DNA of 64,000 bases from Octopus bimaculoides (lineage: Eukaryota), in NCBI RefSeq assembly GCF_001194135.2, contig NC_068993.1:25465272-25529271 (forward strand), written 5' to 3'. Positions 1 to 13,256 of the stretch are shown one piece after another. Below the pieces are notes generated by a model. That model saw only the letters and a list, made by a program, of their open reading frames with translations. It was not told the origin of the DNA and ran no database searches. Numbering within the stretch: the stretch's first letter is position 1; every line of letters begins with the position of its first letter. A program made the position numbers and the translations under genes.

Positions 1-506
1 TATCTGAAAGCACTTACATGCCTGCAGAGCAGGGCTGGTCCTAGAGTTGCTCGTGCCCCAGGAAAGCTGCACTTTGGTGTGTACAAGCTGATGGTTGTGG
101 AAATTCCCTTGTCTTTGTCATGCCCTCCTTGGTTCCCCCTAGCACAAGGTGCCCCGGGCAACTACCCAAGTTGCTGGTACCTTGAGCTGGCTTAGCCACA
201 GAGTTTCTCAAACATGTTGTCCTTGGTAGCACTGCCAAGCTAAGGATTTTAAAAAGTTGTCCATAGCCATCCCCTACTTGGAAGTCTTCTGAAACAGACC
301 AGTCACCTTGTTTCTAATGCCATCCAGAACTTCTCTGAAGACATCATTGCTTTCTCCTCTACTAATTCTCTTTAGGTTGCAAGAGTGGACCTTACAACAA
401 TCTCATTGCTTGACTGGGGATTGATGACGTTCTATATGCCAAGTGCCTTTTCTTCATCTAAACTTCACCCAAGACTGTAACTCTATAAAAGAAAGTCATA
501 CTTCAT

Positions 507-890
507 GCATGGCTGTGAGGTAAGAAACTTGCTTCCCAACCAGATGGTTCTGGGTTCAATTCCACTGAGTGGCACCTTGGGCAAATGTCTTCTACTATAA
601 CCTCAGGCCAACCAAAGTCTTGTGAGAGGATTTGGTAGATGGAAACTGAAAGAAGCCCCATCGTATATGTTTGTGTGTGTGTGTCTTTGTGTTTGTTGCA
701 TCATTGCTTGGCAACTGGTGATGGTGTGTTTACATCTCTGTAACTTAACAGTTTGGCAAAGAGACCAATAGGATAAGTACTAGGCTTAAAAAATAAGTCC
801 TGGGGTTGAATTGTTTGACGAAAACACTTCAAGGTTGTGCTCTAGCATGGCCACAGTCAAATGACTGAAACAAAAGAAAGAATAAAAGAA
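507..890 (+). mobile_element. tRNA-derived SINE, family A (head TGGCTGTG..GGT / GGTTC, central (TG)n, tail AAATGACTGAAAC)
   Basis: Same head, body and tail as about ten other copies in the window (e.g. 19150-19556, 57365-57735). Confidence 0.8.
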
Positions 891-2826
891 TGCTCAGCAT
901 CCAGTAACCTTTGGTGATGGTGAAGCTTGCATATGTCTGTATCAGCACCTATAGTATGCCTAACATACTATACTTGCCACACAGATAGTACTGGCAGTTA
1001 ATGAACCTCACCTGTTCTATGAAACATATTTCTTTCACAAGAAGCTAAAGGTCAGACATTCCAGCCTGAAACCTTGAACAAGGTATGGTAGTCAAGCAAT
1101 AAATGATAATGATAGAGATGATGTGGGCATTTGCCATCTCAATCTGACCTTTCAAAGATAGCTTCCTCTCTGCTCATTTCTGGGTAAAACTGGCCCACCT
1201 GTACATTGCTTCATCCCAGTTCTGATACACCTGGAGATTGGGATCAAATCAAATCCCAAGCAGTTTAAGTGGCTTTTTGGTCTAGTGTCCCATCATATTT
1301 CACAGCATCAACCTGCCTCTCCACTCATCAAGCTGCAAGCCCACCAGCATATCTGGTTGCTTTCTAACCCAGCTACTGCCTCTCATTTTTTCAATTATAT
1401 AGTTTGTCTTTGTCACAGGTTAGTAACCAAATAGCAATTGGCCATGCTATTTAGGAACCAATATATTTTCTACAAAATATCATATTTCTTGAAAATGTGA
1501 ATTTTCTGAATTGTTGGAGTGATGAAGAAAATGCTTAAGTTACATGGCACTTTACATTCTGAGTTCAAATCCTGCTAAGTCAACTTTGTCTTTCATACTT
1601 CAGGGATCAATAAAAGAATGTACCAGTCAAATTCGACTCATATACTTGTCCTCCAATTCTGAGGTATATACCTATATTAGAAAACAGTTTATATAATTTG
1701 TACTTACTTTATTACTTTTTATTTTGACAACAGCTACGTTGTCTAAAAATATTGGTATTTCCCAAAAAACTTTGGGATGTTTTCCCCATGCTACAGTTTG
1801 AACAATCTTGGGGCAAGATCTGTAAACTGGAGGCTCTTGATCTGTAAAAAAAAAAAATCATCAAATTTTCAAACTATTGTGAAATTTAATGCAATTTGAT
1901 TTCAATTATAAATCCAAATTCAAGATGATATAAATGGAACCATTGTTCTGGTTATTTCTGGAAAGTATATTTGACCACCAAACTCCAGAGACACCCACTT
2001 GCAACAGCCTGGTTAGGGTAATTAGTTCGCTTCCTCACTTCACTATTTTGTTTCTTGCAAGCCATGTTACTGCCAGGTGAGTTGGTCAGAAGGAACTAAG
2101 TTTTTTAACCATATCACAGAACCAAAGAATTTATGACAGCTACCACATCAAGATTATTATAACATCTAGGACCTATCAATTTAGCAGTTAGATTGTTATT
2201 TTTGGTGGCTAATCCTAAGTCAACCATAACTGTAGAGACCAATGATCAAAGGGATTCCAATTAGGATCAGTGTGTGTCCCTTTTTCAGGCATAGTGAATC
2301 TATAATTAATGTTTCTTCCATTTCCTCTGTCTTTTTAAAGATAGTTGGGACTGATTTGACAATATGGCATGGTAAAACTTGGTAAACAACATAAATTGAG
2401 AGAATACAAATTCATAAGTCTCCATTTGAGAAGTAAAATTCTTATCAGTTTGGCTGTTACAGCTCTCTTGCTGAATTACTGTGTTATGTAGATAATAACA
2501 GCAACCAACAGATGAATGAGAGATCAAATCTTACTAGTGGAATTTCATTGTCTGCTTAAGCAGGGACAACGGAATATTATAAAAATATAAAGAAAAGTTG
2601 ATAAAATTTGAACTTGTAATATGATGAAAATAATGGTAAATATCCAGACTATGGCTAATTCATTGAATTCTGTAAGTTATTAATGTCCCACTTGACTGTT
2701 GATAGTTATTTATATTTAATTTTAATTCACTAAATCTAACAACATAGCCAACATTAACAGATAAGAAGGGTCTTTTTACCAACTCTACCTTTTAAAAAAA
2801 GAAAACAATTCAATATCAATACATAC

Positions 2827-3069
2827 CAATTGCTTCAATAGTCAGATTGCATTTAACTATATCTCCTGATTTGCTCTTCACATTTAGATGAAGAACAGTT
2901 TTGCCAGCTTGGAACAATACAGTGGATCTTTTAAAGTTTGCCCATGTCTCTTCAACTGTCCAATCGGCTGAATTCTCAATATGTGGCATAGAAATAGCAA
3001 TATAACTCTTTTTCTTAGGTAGAACCTCTTGTATGTTGGTTGGACACTGGATACCATTGACAATGGTTA
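2827..3069 (-). CDS. Exon, HYR (hyalin repeat)-like domain: (L)TIVNGIQCPTNIQEVLPKKKSYIAISMPHIENSADWTVEETWANFKRSTVLFQAGKTVLHLNVKSKSGDIVKCNLTIEAI
   Basis: 243 nt and stop-free, with a long pyrimidine tract ending ttttaag and a gtatgt donor. I-x-CP at the start and F-x-x-G-x-T...SG-x3-C-x-L-T-I at the end match the HYR pattern from memory. Not in the ORF track. Confidence 0.82.
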
Positions 3070-3499
3070 CTTAAAATAGAGAAGAAATGAAACATATAAA
3101 ATTATTTCAAATAAAATGTGCAAAACCTTACTTTTTAGCATGTGTGTTCTAAACTATAAATCTCATTTTTTGTGCCTCCATCTGCATTCAGTTTTGACTG
3201 GTCTATTTTCAGTCTTAAGATTTCATATTTCTTTTGTCTTATATTTTAGTTTCAAATAAAAGAGAAATGTTCATAGCTACTTAAGGCATTTTGAGATTGT
3301 GAGATATAGTCAGCCTATTAAAATTAAATCTGTTATATTTAGTTTCAATTTTTTGCATGTTAGGTATTAGAGGAAAGGTGCCAAAGGAAAAGAGTTCAAG
3401 AGGATGCAGTTCTTGGGAAAGAAGGGGAAGTGACAGGAAGTAGAACAATGGGAAATGGTATATAACTAAGACTTTAAACCACTGAGTAACAGCAAGTGG

Positions 3500-4720
3500 T
3501 TGAAGAATATTCATAAATGAGGACTTGCCAATTAAGCAGATGATTTTTTTCTTATGCAAGCAAGAATCTCCAACCTGGATTTCAGAAATAACAACTTCTA
3601 CCGACTCTGGCTCAAAGTCTCTCTTCCCTATTTTTCAACATCCATCTTCTGGGTCTCACATATCCTAAACTTCCAACAGTTTTTTGCCCAACTCACTTCC
3701 TGCATTGAAAACATTGATCTCACCCTGCCTTTTGAGGACTTCAAGGGATATAGTTTGTCCTGGGCTTTTCACTCATTGCAGAGTGAAGCTGGTAGTGCAG
3801 AAACTAAATCATTTGCTACCTTTAATAAAAAGAAATGTCACTTACAATTCATATGAAACATCTAAGTACATGAGCAAAACTATTCTTCTATGGAGTCTCA
3901 CTTCACATACTTCACACAACCAAAGCTCTTAACTCCAAAACCTGCAACTAGCTTATCTTGAGCTGAGACAATATTCTTAGGCTTGCTTGACCTCCATTAG
4001 ATCATTCACATCCATATTGAAAGAAGAAAGACATGTTGGACTTTAAAAGATGGGATGGTCATGGGTGGAATCTTTCCATCATGGATCTGCTAATTTATGG
4101 TTGACCTACAAATGAACAACAACAAGTTTACCTGTATCAGTGCTGCAGCTTTACAGGTAAATATCGTTGTCTACAATAACTAGAAGTCACTTTCTAGGAG
4201 ACTTTTACCCATCACTACAGCTCCTACTGAAAAATCAAAGGATTTAGCATGAAATGCAAGTTTTCATGCCTATTAAGAGCCTTTTGATCCACAAGAAAAT
4301 TCCACTCAACCAACTTCACATAATCATCCTTCTTCACCAAGATGACTGTTAGCAGCACATTCACTGAAAAATTTTCCAAACATTTGCTAAATGTTTCACC
4401 TCTAATTGTACACTGCTTGCTCTCAATAAAGTTCCTTTCAAATTCCTCCTCTCCACATCACCATACCATATACAGACAGTTACCATGGAGAAAAGGTTTC
4501 TAATTGCTTGAAATCAGCAAGGTGACTAGTTATAACGGCTTCTCTTTCATAGCACCTATCCTTGCCAGACTCTTCAGTCTCTCTCTCTCTCTCCAAGAAT
4601 GATGCCATTGTGTGTCCCATGCCAAAGAGGGATAACTTCTTTCACCCTGTAAACCACAAACCTATTCATTTCAACATCTCAGGAACAGAAACAATTTGGA
4701 GCAATTACTTCGTCTGTAAT
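3500..4720 (+). mobile_element. Decayed CR1/L2-like LINE fragment (APE remnant to start of RT)
   Basis: ORF 3554..3856 FFAQLTSCIENI..FEDFKG resembles the GDFN region of APE. ORF 4562..4792 VCPMPKRD..PVNHKPIH resembles V-x-P-x-PKKG..P-x-NYRPISL. Confidence 0.45.
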
Positions 4721-4772
4721 ATTATTTCTCTCTCCTCAGCAATCACTGGTATACATACCTTTCATAGGAAAA

Positions 4773-5038
4773 TGTTATATTGTCAGGGATGATATATGAT
4801 GTGTGTGCGTGGTTGTGTAACAATATATCACTACCAAATATAACCGTATAACAATAAGCAATGTAACAAGAGTTGGTTATCTTATTATAACAGATCACGC
4901 AATAACAATCCAATACTCCAACACAGAATTAATAATGAGACTAATGCTCCCACAGTTCGACTTCAACTACTTCAACTGTTTACTGGCTCATCAATTTATG
5001 AGACTCATCCAGTCTTATTTATTTATTTCTTCTCCACA
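4773..5038 (-). repeat. 3' LTR (266 bp, TG...CA) of the Gypsy element
   Basis: Direct repeat of 8657-8888; on the element strand it begins with TG immediately after the polypurine tract AAAAGGGGAGA (5039-5049). Confidence 0.85.
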
Positions 5039-8000
5039 TCTCCCCTTTTAAAGATAAAGAATCAACTCAAAATGGAGTTCAATACTTCATCCTCTTTGGT
5101 TCAACCATTAAAGGATCTGGAAATTTCTTCTTTCTAGTTCTAGAATGGGTGTGTCAGTTTTATCTGGTAATGGTACTTCAAACATAGTGAACATAAAATC
5201 TATCAGTTCTTCAATCCTTTTATTATTATCCTTGGTTTATCTTTTTCTCAACTAGTTTGCCTGTCTTTTGAAATCAAACCCTTGCCCTTTTGCCTTTTCA
5301 ACCATATAGGTCATTTTTCCAATTCTATTACAAATAATACTGTCCTCTCATGATTGTTTTTCATATCTGTATGTTTTTAAAAAACACTTTCGCCTACTTA
5401 AAAAATTTTTTGGCATATCACTTTTGTCATTGTTATTCCAAGTTTTTTTTCTCTGCTTGACAACAGTTTGTTGAATATGGCCTTAATCTTTCTTGTGAAC
5501 ATTAATTCAGCTGGGGATTTACCTGATGGTGTCTTTGAGCTTGGAGTAACTCTATATACTCTTAGAAATTTTATTAATGCCAGGTCATCAATCCTTCCAT
5601 TGTTCACTTTTCTTAGTGCCCTCTTGAATATGTCCATGAACTATTCCATCCAAACATTTGACTGTGGGTGATATGGTGACATGGTTATATGATCAATTTG
5701 GAACATCTGGCAGAAATCTTTGAATTGAGATCCTGTAAACTGTGTCCCATTATCGGACACCATGGTATCTAGTATACTATATCAAGCAAATATCTCAAGG
5801 AGAAAATCAATTATTGCAGAGGACATAGGATGCCTACATTTACATACTTCCAGCCATTTTGCGTAGCTTTCCGCTACTACGAGAAAATAATTTCCATATA
5901 GTAGGCCTGCAAAGTCTATGTGATGCCTGGATCGCAGTGTCACAGCCTTTGGCCATGGTTGATAACTGACAGTAGGTGATTTCATTGTCAGAGCAGAGCA
6001 TTTGCAGGATCTTACAAGATTTTCAATATCTTTATCCATCTTCAGCCAATACACATAGCTTCTCATAAGTGCTGTCATGCATGACATTCCTAGATGTCTA
6101 ATGTGAAAATCTTTTGGATTTCTTTTTTGCAGTGTAAATGGCCCTATAATCCTCTGTGCGTACATTAGATTGTTGTCACATACAGAATATGAGTTCAAAT
6201 TTAAATTTCAGTACGATATGTATTTACTTTATTTTCTTTCAAGGTGACTTTCATTTTATTTATAGTCATCTTTTGGTGCTTTGGCTTTAATTTCTTCGAA
6301 GGTTACAGCCAATTCATTAATCACATTACACAAAATGCTTTTTATCTCTGCTTCAGCTCTTCATGATGCAATTACACTTTCTTCAAATGGTTCAAAGTTT
6401 TTGTGCTACAGTTTTTGTATTACCATCTTCATACTTATGCAAAATTACCACTCCAATGCCATATCTACTGGCACCCAAAGCTATATAATTTCCTTTTTGT
6501 GTCCAATTCCATTTCATTTCTTTCATTAGCAGGTAATTTAATGCTGCATGCAAGTTATGAATATTAGGCATGTTAATTTGGTAATAATTCACCAAACCCC
6601 AAAATGCTTGTTATACCACTACATTCTTTGGTAGGGGCATATTTTTAATTGCTGATGCTCTGGTAGAATCCAAACCCTTTCTGTCTATGATTTGCCTCAA
6701 ATATCTAATTTTAGGCAAAAATAATTCACACTTATCTGAATTCACTTAGTTTTTTTAAATACCTTTTTCACATGTTGTACATGCAGACTTCTTGATTCAC
6801 TCTTAATCAATATGTCATCGAAGATCACCAGTGCAATTTTTAGTTCTTTATGTGTTAATTGTTTGGTATTTGGAGCAATTTAGAAAATATCTTGCCACCA
6901 TTTAATTTCACAAATATGTCCTCCAGAGCAGATAGTGCATAGTTAAACATTTTACGACATTTGTTTAACCCAGTGGAAAAATCAGCACACACTCTGATTT
7001 TATTATTCTTTTTCTTAACGTACACAGTTGGTGATGCCCATTGAGAATATTCCACTTTCTGGATAACTCCAATTCTTTCTAGTATCTCTAAGTTTATCTT
7101 TTCTAATACTGTGTATTGCGCATTTCCTTTTGGTTTAAAAATTGATACTGCATTCTCTTTTATCGCAAATTTTGCTTTTGTTTTCAAACATGCACCTAGT
7201 TCGTCTGAAAACACTTCTGGGATTACTTTCTTTAATCCTTTTTGCAATTTGTCTGAGTCAGTGTTAGGACTTGTGCCTGTGCCTATTACATTTTTGCAAT
7301 AGTGGTTAATGGATAAATCCCAGAGATCGAATTTCTCCAACCTATTCATTCCAAATAGGTTATTGGTATTATTTAGCACATAAGCCTTTGCTTTTATTAT
7401 TTGCTTTGCCTCAGAAAGTCACATTGCAATTTGAATTCACCTCTAAACAATAATTTTCTTCCTGAAACACCTCTTGCAGCTTTTGTAGTTTTGCTTACTA
7501 CCGGTTTACCAAACACACTCCATGCTTTATCATTTAATATAGTTATATCACTCCCAGTATCGAGCTGTAATCTGATGTTTGTTCCATTTATTTTTATGTT
7601 TACAAACTTTCTACGGATTTCATTATCCTTATCATTTTCAGATACACCGAATACATTTCATTATGTTTCCTGTATGCATCATTTTTAGATTCTTTCCTTA
7701 TTTTTGTGCAACAATGAGAATTTGAAAATATGACCTTGAAAACCACACTTGAAATATTTAAGTATTTTAAATGGACAGTCATACTGGTCATGTATTTGAC
7801 CGCATCTCATGCACAGATCCACTTTGCACTTTCTAATGTTTTTTTTGGCCTTCTAGCCAGTATATTTGATACATCATGTTCCTGTATTCTCTCAATGTCA
7901 TGTTTAAGCTTTATTATGTTGGCAGTCTTCAGATATTTGTTGAAGAGTAATATCCTGGTTCTGTTCTAGCTAAGTCAATATCCTTGTGTGAATTTCTGAA

Positions 8001-8641
8001 TCCTGCTGTGTTATTAGTCCTTGAACGAATATCAGGCACTTAAACATATCCATTGTCAGTTCCTTTAATTTGAAGTTTTAACAGTTCCTTTAATTTGAAC
8101 TTTTCACACACACACTTTACTATTCTGATATATATATATAATGAAGTCATTCTCTACATTTTCCATCAAATTTAAACAGGACCATCTCATGTTGAACAAA
8201 GATCTTTTTTTTTTCACTAAAAATGTCTGATAGTGTGCTTATTATGTCTTCAAATCATAAATCTCTAGGTTTCGGGGGTACTATGTAATTAATATACTTT
8301 TCAGGTTCCACTTATGCTAATTTTCTTAGCAAAAGTCTAGTCTTCTGGTATTCTTTCCAGTCTGAACATTTGTTCTTGAATATTTCCTCAAATCAATTAC
8401 AATAAGCAGCAAATATGACATTTTCATCCAGATTATATCTAAATTCATCGATGGAGCTTGTCAATAAATCTAGTGTAAATGCATTTGTAGCATTTTTCAT
8501 TTCCTTGAGGAGAATCTGTAAAACCTTGTATTGCTGCTTTTGCAACTCTATCACAGCTGGTAGTAATTCTTCCATGATAAACAACAAGATGAATTTTTTG
8601 TTCTCATAAACAAAAAATATACAATTGACAATACTTGAATA

Positions 8642-8654
8642 CTTCTCACCACCA
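8642..8654 (-). promoter_or_regulatory. Primer-binding site TGGTGGTGAGAAG of the Gypsy element
   Basis: Starts with TGG 2 nt inside the LTR end; consistent with a decayed TGGCGACGAG-type PBS (inference). Confidence 0.65.
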
Positions 8655-8656
8655 AC

Positions 8657-8888
8657 TGTTATATTGTCAGTGACGATATATGATGTGTGCGTATGCATGA
8701 CAATACATCACAGTACCAAATATAGCTGTATAATAATAAGCAATGTAACAAGAGTTGGTTATCTTTTTATAACCATTCACACGGTAACAATCCAATAGCC
8801 CCAATGCAGAATCAATAACAAGACTAATGCTCACACAGTTTGACGTCAACTGTCTATTGGCTCATCCATTTATAAGACTCATCCAGTC
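8657..8888 (-). repeat. 5' LTR of the Gypsy element, truncated at its outer end
   Basis: Homologous to 4773-5014 (roughly 80% by eye); followed on the element strand by a 2-nt spacer and the PBS. Confidence 0.85.
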
Positions 8889-8949
8889 CACTGACAGTCA
8901 CGTGCAGGGGTGTCAGTTCACTCTGATAGACTTGCAGGGGTGTCAGTTC

Positions 8950-9190
8950 TATCTGATAAACTTGTAAGACCCCTCTTCCAAAATTCACTTGTCTGTGATG
9001 AAAAATACTCCTCCAGTACTGTTCTGACCTTGTCAGCAGAATTCATAAATTTCCTGTCCAAATGATTTTGAAGACTGTGGAATATGATCAGTAGCTGCCC
9101 CAAAATATCATCAAGAAACTACTCCTCCAATGCAGCATAAAGTTTCTAAAACAATATTCAATGCCACCCAGAGAAAAGACTGACCTGAAA
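8950..9190 (-). mobile_element. Mariner/Tc1 transposase C-terminal relic
   Basis: ORF 8918..9103 IFHSLQNHLDRKF..VLEEYFSSQTSEFWKRGLTSLSDR matches the mariner pattern YHLF.SLQN.L...F...GI..L..RW. Confidence 0.75.
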
Positions 9191-9779
9191 TAAACATAGA
9201 GAATAACTTCTCTCTTCCTTACTCAATCATCACATCTATGCACTGATCCTTGTTATTTGTGACTATACCCTTGCACTTAACCGTCTCTCTCTTGTTCTCT
9301 CTTGCATTTTTGCTGTTTCCCACTCTCTCTCTCTCTCTCTCTCTTTCTTTCCTTTGCTCTTCCCTCTGGCTGGGTAGCCATGTGTCTCTTCTACAACAGC
9401 ACACCTATTTCTGCCCTCATTCTTGATCACTCTCTCTTCCCTCTTGTTTATCCTTTAACTAGGTAACCAAGTATCTCCTTTATATCAGTATAACTGTTTC
9501 TGTCCTCTTTCTTGTACCTCTCTCTCTCTTTCTCTCACTGGGTAATCATATACCACCTTCATAGCAAGACACCTGTTTCTGTCTCTCTATTTCTCTGTCA
9601 CACTTTAACCTTTCATCATTTGACACCAGATCACCTCCTCCAATACCCACTCTGTTATAGCAGGACACCTGTTTCTGCCTCTCTACCTCACTCTAACCTT
9701 TTATCCTCTGACACAAGCTCCCCTCCTCAAATGCCTCTGCCCCTCTCAAAATTCCTTGTCTTGCGAGTTACTTGGTGAC

Positions 9780-10075
9780 CCTGCCAGTGTTGGTACCACG
9801 TAAAAAGTATTTAGTCCACACTGTAAAGTGGTTGACATTTGGAAGGGCATGTATCTGTAAAAATCATGCCAAAACTAACCTCACCTGTGCTAGTGCTACA
9901 TTAGAAGCACTACGTCTACTTTGCTGAGTGATTAGTGTTAGGAAGGGTATCCAACCATAAAAACACTGCTAAAATAGACACAGTAGCCTGGGGTAGTCTT
10001 CTACCTGGTCGGCTCTTGTTAACTGTCCTATCCATGTATGTATGGAAGGCAGACGTTAAACAACAGTGATGATGA
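9780..10075 (+). mobile_element. RTE-type 3' end repeat (family C, tail ..GACGTTAAAC(GAT)n)
   Basis: Homologous to 63080-63312 and other copies in the window. Confidence 0.65.
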
Positions 10076-10089
10076 ACCACTCTGTTACT

Positions 10090-10495
10090 GAACATCGACA
10101 CAAAGAATGGTGGTGGAACAACTCCCATCAAAATTTCTACCAAGTGTAAACAAAACAAGCCAGATATAGTTGTTAAAGAGATAAAAGGAAAACTATGTAC
10201 CATAATAGAGATCTGCTGCTCTTCTGATGTGAATATCTCTTCAAAAATCAAAGAGAAATAGGATAACTATGGATAACTTCTTTGAAACCTTTAGCTTCTA
10301 TACCCTGCTTATGAATTCACATTTATACCAATAATAATTGATGCACTAGGTTATTTTAGTAAATGTCAAAGTGACAATCTGAAAAAGCTAGGATTTTCAG
10401 AAAAATAAATCAACAAGCTAACATGCATATTGCAAATACAAGCTGTAAGTTGAACAGTAAAAATGTGCAGGACTTTTCTCAAGATCAAAATATGA
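10090..10495 (+). mobile_element. Relic of the restriction-like (PD-D/ExK) endonuclease C-terminus of an R4/Dong-type non-LTR retrotransposon
   Basis: One frame from 10142 with several stops: KCKQNKPDIVVKEIKGKLCTIIEICCSSDVNISSKIKEK*DNYG*LL..FIPIIIDALG..LKKLGF; WW motif just upstream. Confidence 0.8.
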
Positions 10496-11627
10496 CATTG
10501 TTTTTGTTACAACATTACAATGAAGGAGCTTTGAATCTTTGTTAGAAGCCAGTTCTTTTCTTGCAGGAAGAATTCAAATAATTATGACTAGAAGAGAACA
10601 TACACACATGTGTACATAGATACATACATATATACATAAAAGATACATAAATATATACATAAATGATATATACATAAATGATACATAAATATATGTGCGT
10701 AAGTACATATGTACATGCGTACGTACGTATGTAAGTACATACATACACACATACATACATACATACATGGTGGATATTAAATGCAGAATTAATAACAACT
10801 CCAATTCCAATATAGTCTTTTTTGCTCATTATACACATAGTGGTTTCATATATACTGTTGCTATTACATACAGGATTAAGAATAACCAATGAAGCTTATT
10901 ATATAATAGCTAATGCACACAGAATAAGTAAAAAGTCCATAGAATAGCAATACACACACACACATGTATATGTACACACATACACACACAGACATGCACA
11001 TATGTATATGCACACACACACACACACACACACAGCAGACAGTATTTACCTAGTTGTCTGTAAAAATAATTTATAGAAAGAGAATAATTTTGAAATAACT
11101 TGTTCAAAAAAGAGTTTTATAAATGAAATTGTATTCCCAAATGACAATGATGATGATAATTTTTTTTACACAAGTGAACTCTAAAGATTTTGTTGAGACT
11201 GATATCAAAAATGCATAAGTGAAAATTAGAGAAAAAGTGTCTCCACTATTGCAAGTCAGACACTGCAATGTCTAAATTTCTCAACTCTGACAGCAATTCT
11301 GAAAATAACAGTAATATATAAGAGAATGTTGGTAATTTAAAACTGATTAAATATTTTGAATACCAACATAAATTTGTATAAATGTGGAGTAACAACTGTA
11401 TTTTATTTGAACAGAAAATACCATATGATTATTGATTAAGTTTTCTAAACATCAGGAGATCAGTTATGTCCTAGATATGAAAGAGTTCATATAACAACAT
11501 GAAATCAATGAAGGAGCAATCACAGATAAGCATACTTGCCCCCATCAACAATATGCAAGTAGTTAGTCAATATTTGTGCTTGAATGTTATTTGGATGTTA
11601 AGAAGTATCAAGTTCTTTGAAATTTAA

Positions 11628-11841
11628 CCCTTTAGCATTTAATCTGACCATATTTGGCCCAAATTTTTTACCTGTTAAAACTCACCAGATCCAATCCCTC
11701 ATACCTACCCTACAATGTCATTTTTTTAAATATACACACACACCATCAAAATCTTGAAGCTACAAGATAATGCATGGTTAATTCAAAACAATGTGAATAA
11801 ATATGCAATACATTAGACAAAGAAATCTGAATGCTAAAGTG
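11628..11841. mobile_element. piggyBac-like MITE (TTAA TSD, TIR CCCTTTAGCATT)
   Basis: TTAA at 11624-11627 and 11842-11845; ends CCCTTTAGCATT / AATGCTAAAGTG; reverse-orientation relatives at 24537-24744 and 31756-31966. Confidence 0.8.
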
Positions 11842-12049
11842 TTAAGCATCTCTAAGAGTGGCTATTGAGAAGAGCAGACAAAGTTGAATGAAATTAAGCT
11901 TAAGACATTGCGGTTTGGAAATAAGTGGAAAATAAGATGCAGTTTGAAGCTGACCTGAGTAGAAGGTTTAAAAAAGCTCATTCATTCATTCATTCATTCA
12001 AACAGACATACATACATATGTACATACACACATATATGTGAATAACGTA

Positions 12050-12256
12050 TATGAATTTTTTAATCTTTTACATGTTCGAGTCAATAGACTGAGACCATGT
12101 TAGGGCAACACCTTGAAGAATTTTAGTCATACAAATCGACCTCAGTACTTATTCTATCAGGCTCTTTTGCTGAACTGCTAAGTTACATGGATAAAAACTA
12201 AGCAACACCAGTTGTCAAGCAGTACTGGGGGATAAACACAGACACAAAGATGCATG

Positions 12257-12287
<31 letters not shown>

Positions 12288-12422
12288 AATAGGCTTCTTG
12301 CAGTTTCTCTACCAAATCCACTCAGAAGTGCTTGGTTAACCTGAAGCTATAGCAGAAGGTGAAAGGAAGTAGGACTAAACCCAAAATAATGTGGTTGGGA
12401 AGTAAACTTATGACCACACTCA
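12050..12422 (-). mobile_element. tRNA-derived SINE, family A
   Basis: Reverse complement of the family A head, body and tail. Confidence 0.75.
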
Positions 12423-13034
12423 AATATGTGTGTGTATCTATACTATAATGGAGAAAGCTGCTTATTAATTAAGTATGTAACAATTACTAAAAGAACTAAA
12501 AGAAAGCAATTATTAAAGGGTTGACCGTCTGGAAATATTTTTATAAATTCATGTTCTAAGAAATTTCCTATAATTTTGATTTCTCAAGTTTATTGAATTT
12601 TTTAAACCCAAATTTCTCACAATTTTAAATATTCATTGCATTCACTGTAGAGTATTCCATTTTCATTTGCAAAGTCTCTCGCTTTCTCTTTTAAGTTTTA
12701 ATTTGCTATTTGGAAAACCAGTAGTTCATTCTGTTAATGTATACGGAATGTCAAAACATTATTGAATGAAAATTTTTTTAAATACCCATATAATTTTTGA
12801 ACACAGAATAGTTGTGAGAAGAGCCTAGAAGGGTGTGTAATTACTATTAAAAAACGAGAAGGAAAAAAGTTACCGACAAGTACTCAAAGCTTGCACTTGA
12901 ATGTGTGTGTGTGTGCTCACTGACAAAACTTTGTTCTGCATCACTTTTGTGAAGTTTTGTCAGTGAACAGGTTACGGTTTCAAAGCGATGAAAATATTTT
13001 GACATAAAAGTAATTTTAATGTTACAGTGAAACT

Positions 13035-13256
13035 GGTTATACTTAAATACAGAGGTCTCTTAACTGTACTACTTAAATGCAGAGGTACTACTTAAATATA
13101 GGTGTTATGTACAAAACATTTTAAATGTACACTGTGTGGACATGTAATGACATCCTAACCCTAACTAACCCTAAAACTAACCCTAACCCTAAAAACTAAC
13201 CCACTCCTTTATATCATTATGTAGATGAATCGGGACCTCTGTATTTAAGTAGTGCT
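13035..13256. mobile_element. 222-bp non-autonomous TIR element with 8-bp TSD (GTGAAACT) and internal CCCTAA repeats; Merlin-like by its ends
   Basis: TSD at 13027-13034 and 13257-13264; TIRs GGTTATACTTAAATACAGAGGTC and AGCACTACTTAAATACAGAGGTC (right end, reverse complement); degenerate (CCCTAA)n at 13154-13202. Confidence 0.8.

Larger units (their letters stand above)
4773..8888 (-). mobile_element. Decayed Ty3/Gypsy (Mag-like) LTR retrotransposon with gag, protease, RT, RNase H and integrase remnants
   Basis: Gag-like ORF 8393..8698; protease QLDTGSDIT near 7540-7565; RT WASPTVYVKKKNNKIRVCADFSTGLN (6855..7379) and IFDDILI near 6805-6825; RNase H GIGVVILHKY (6392..6595); integrase HIDFAG, VSDNGTQF, SPAELMF (5398-6198); matching LTRs at both ends. 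Confidence 0.92.
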
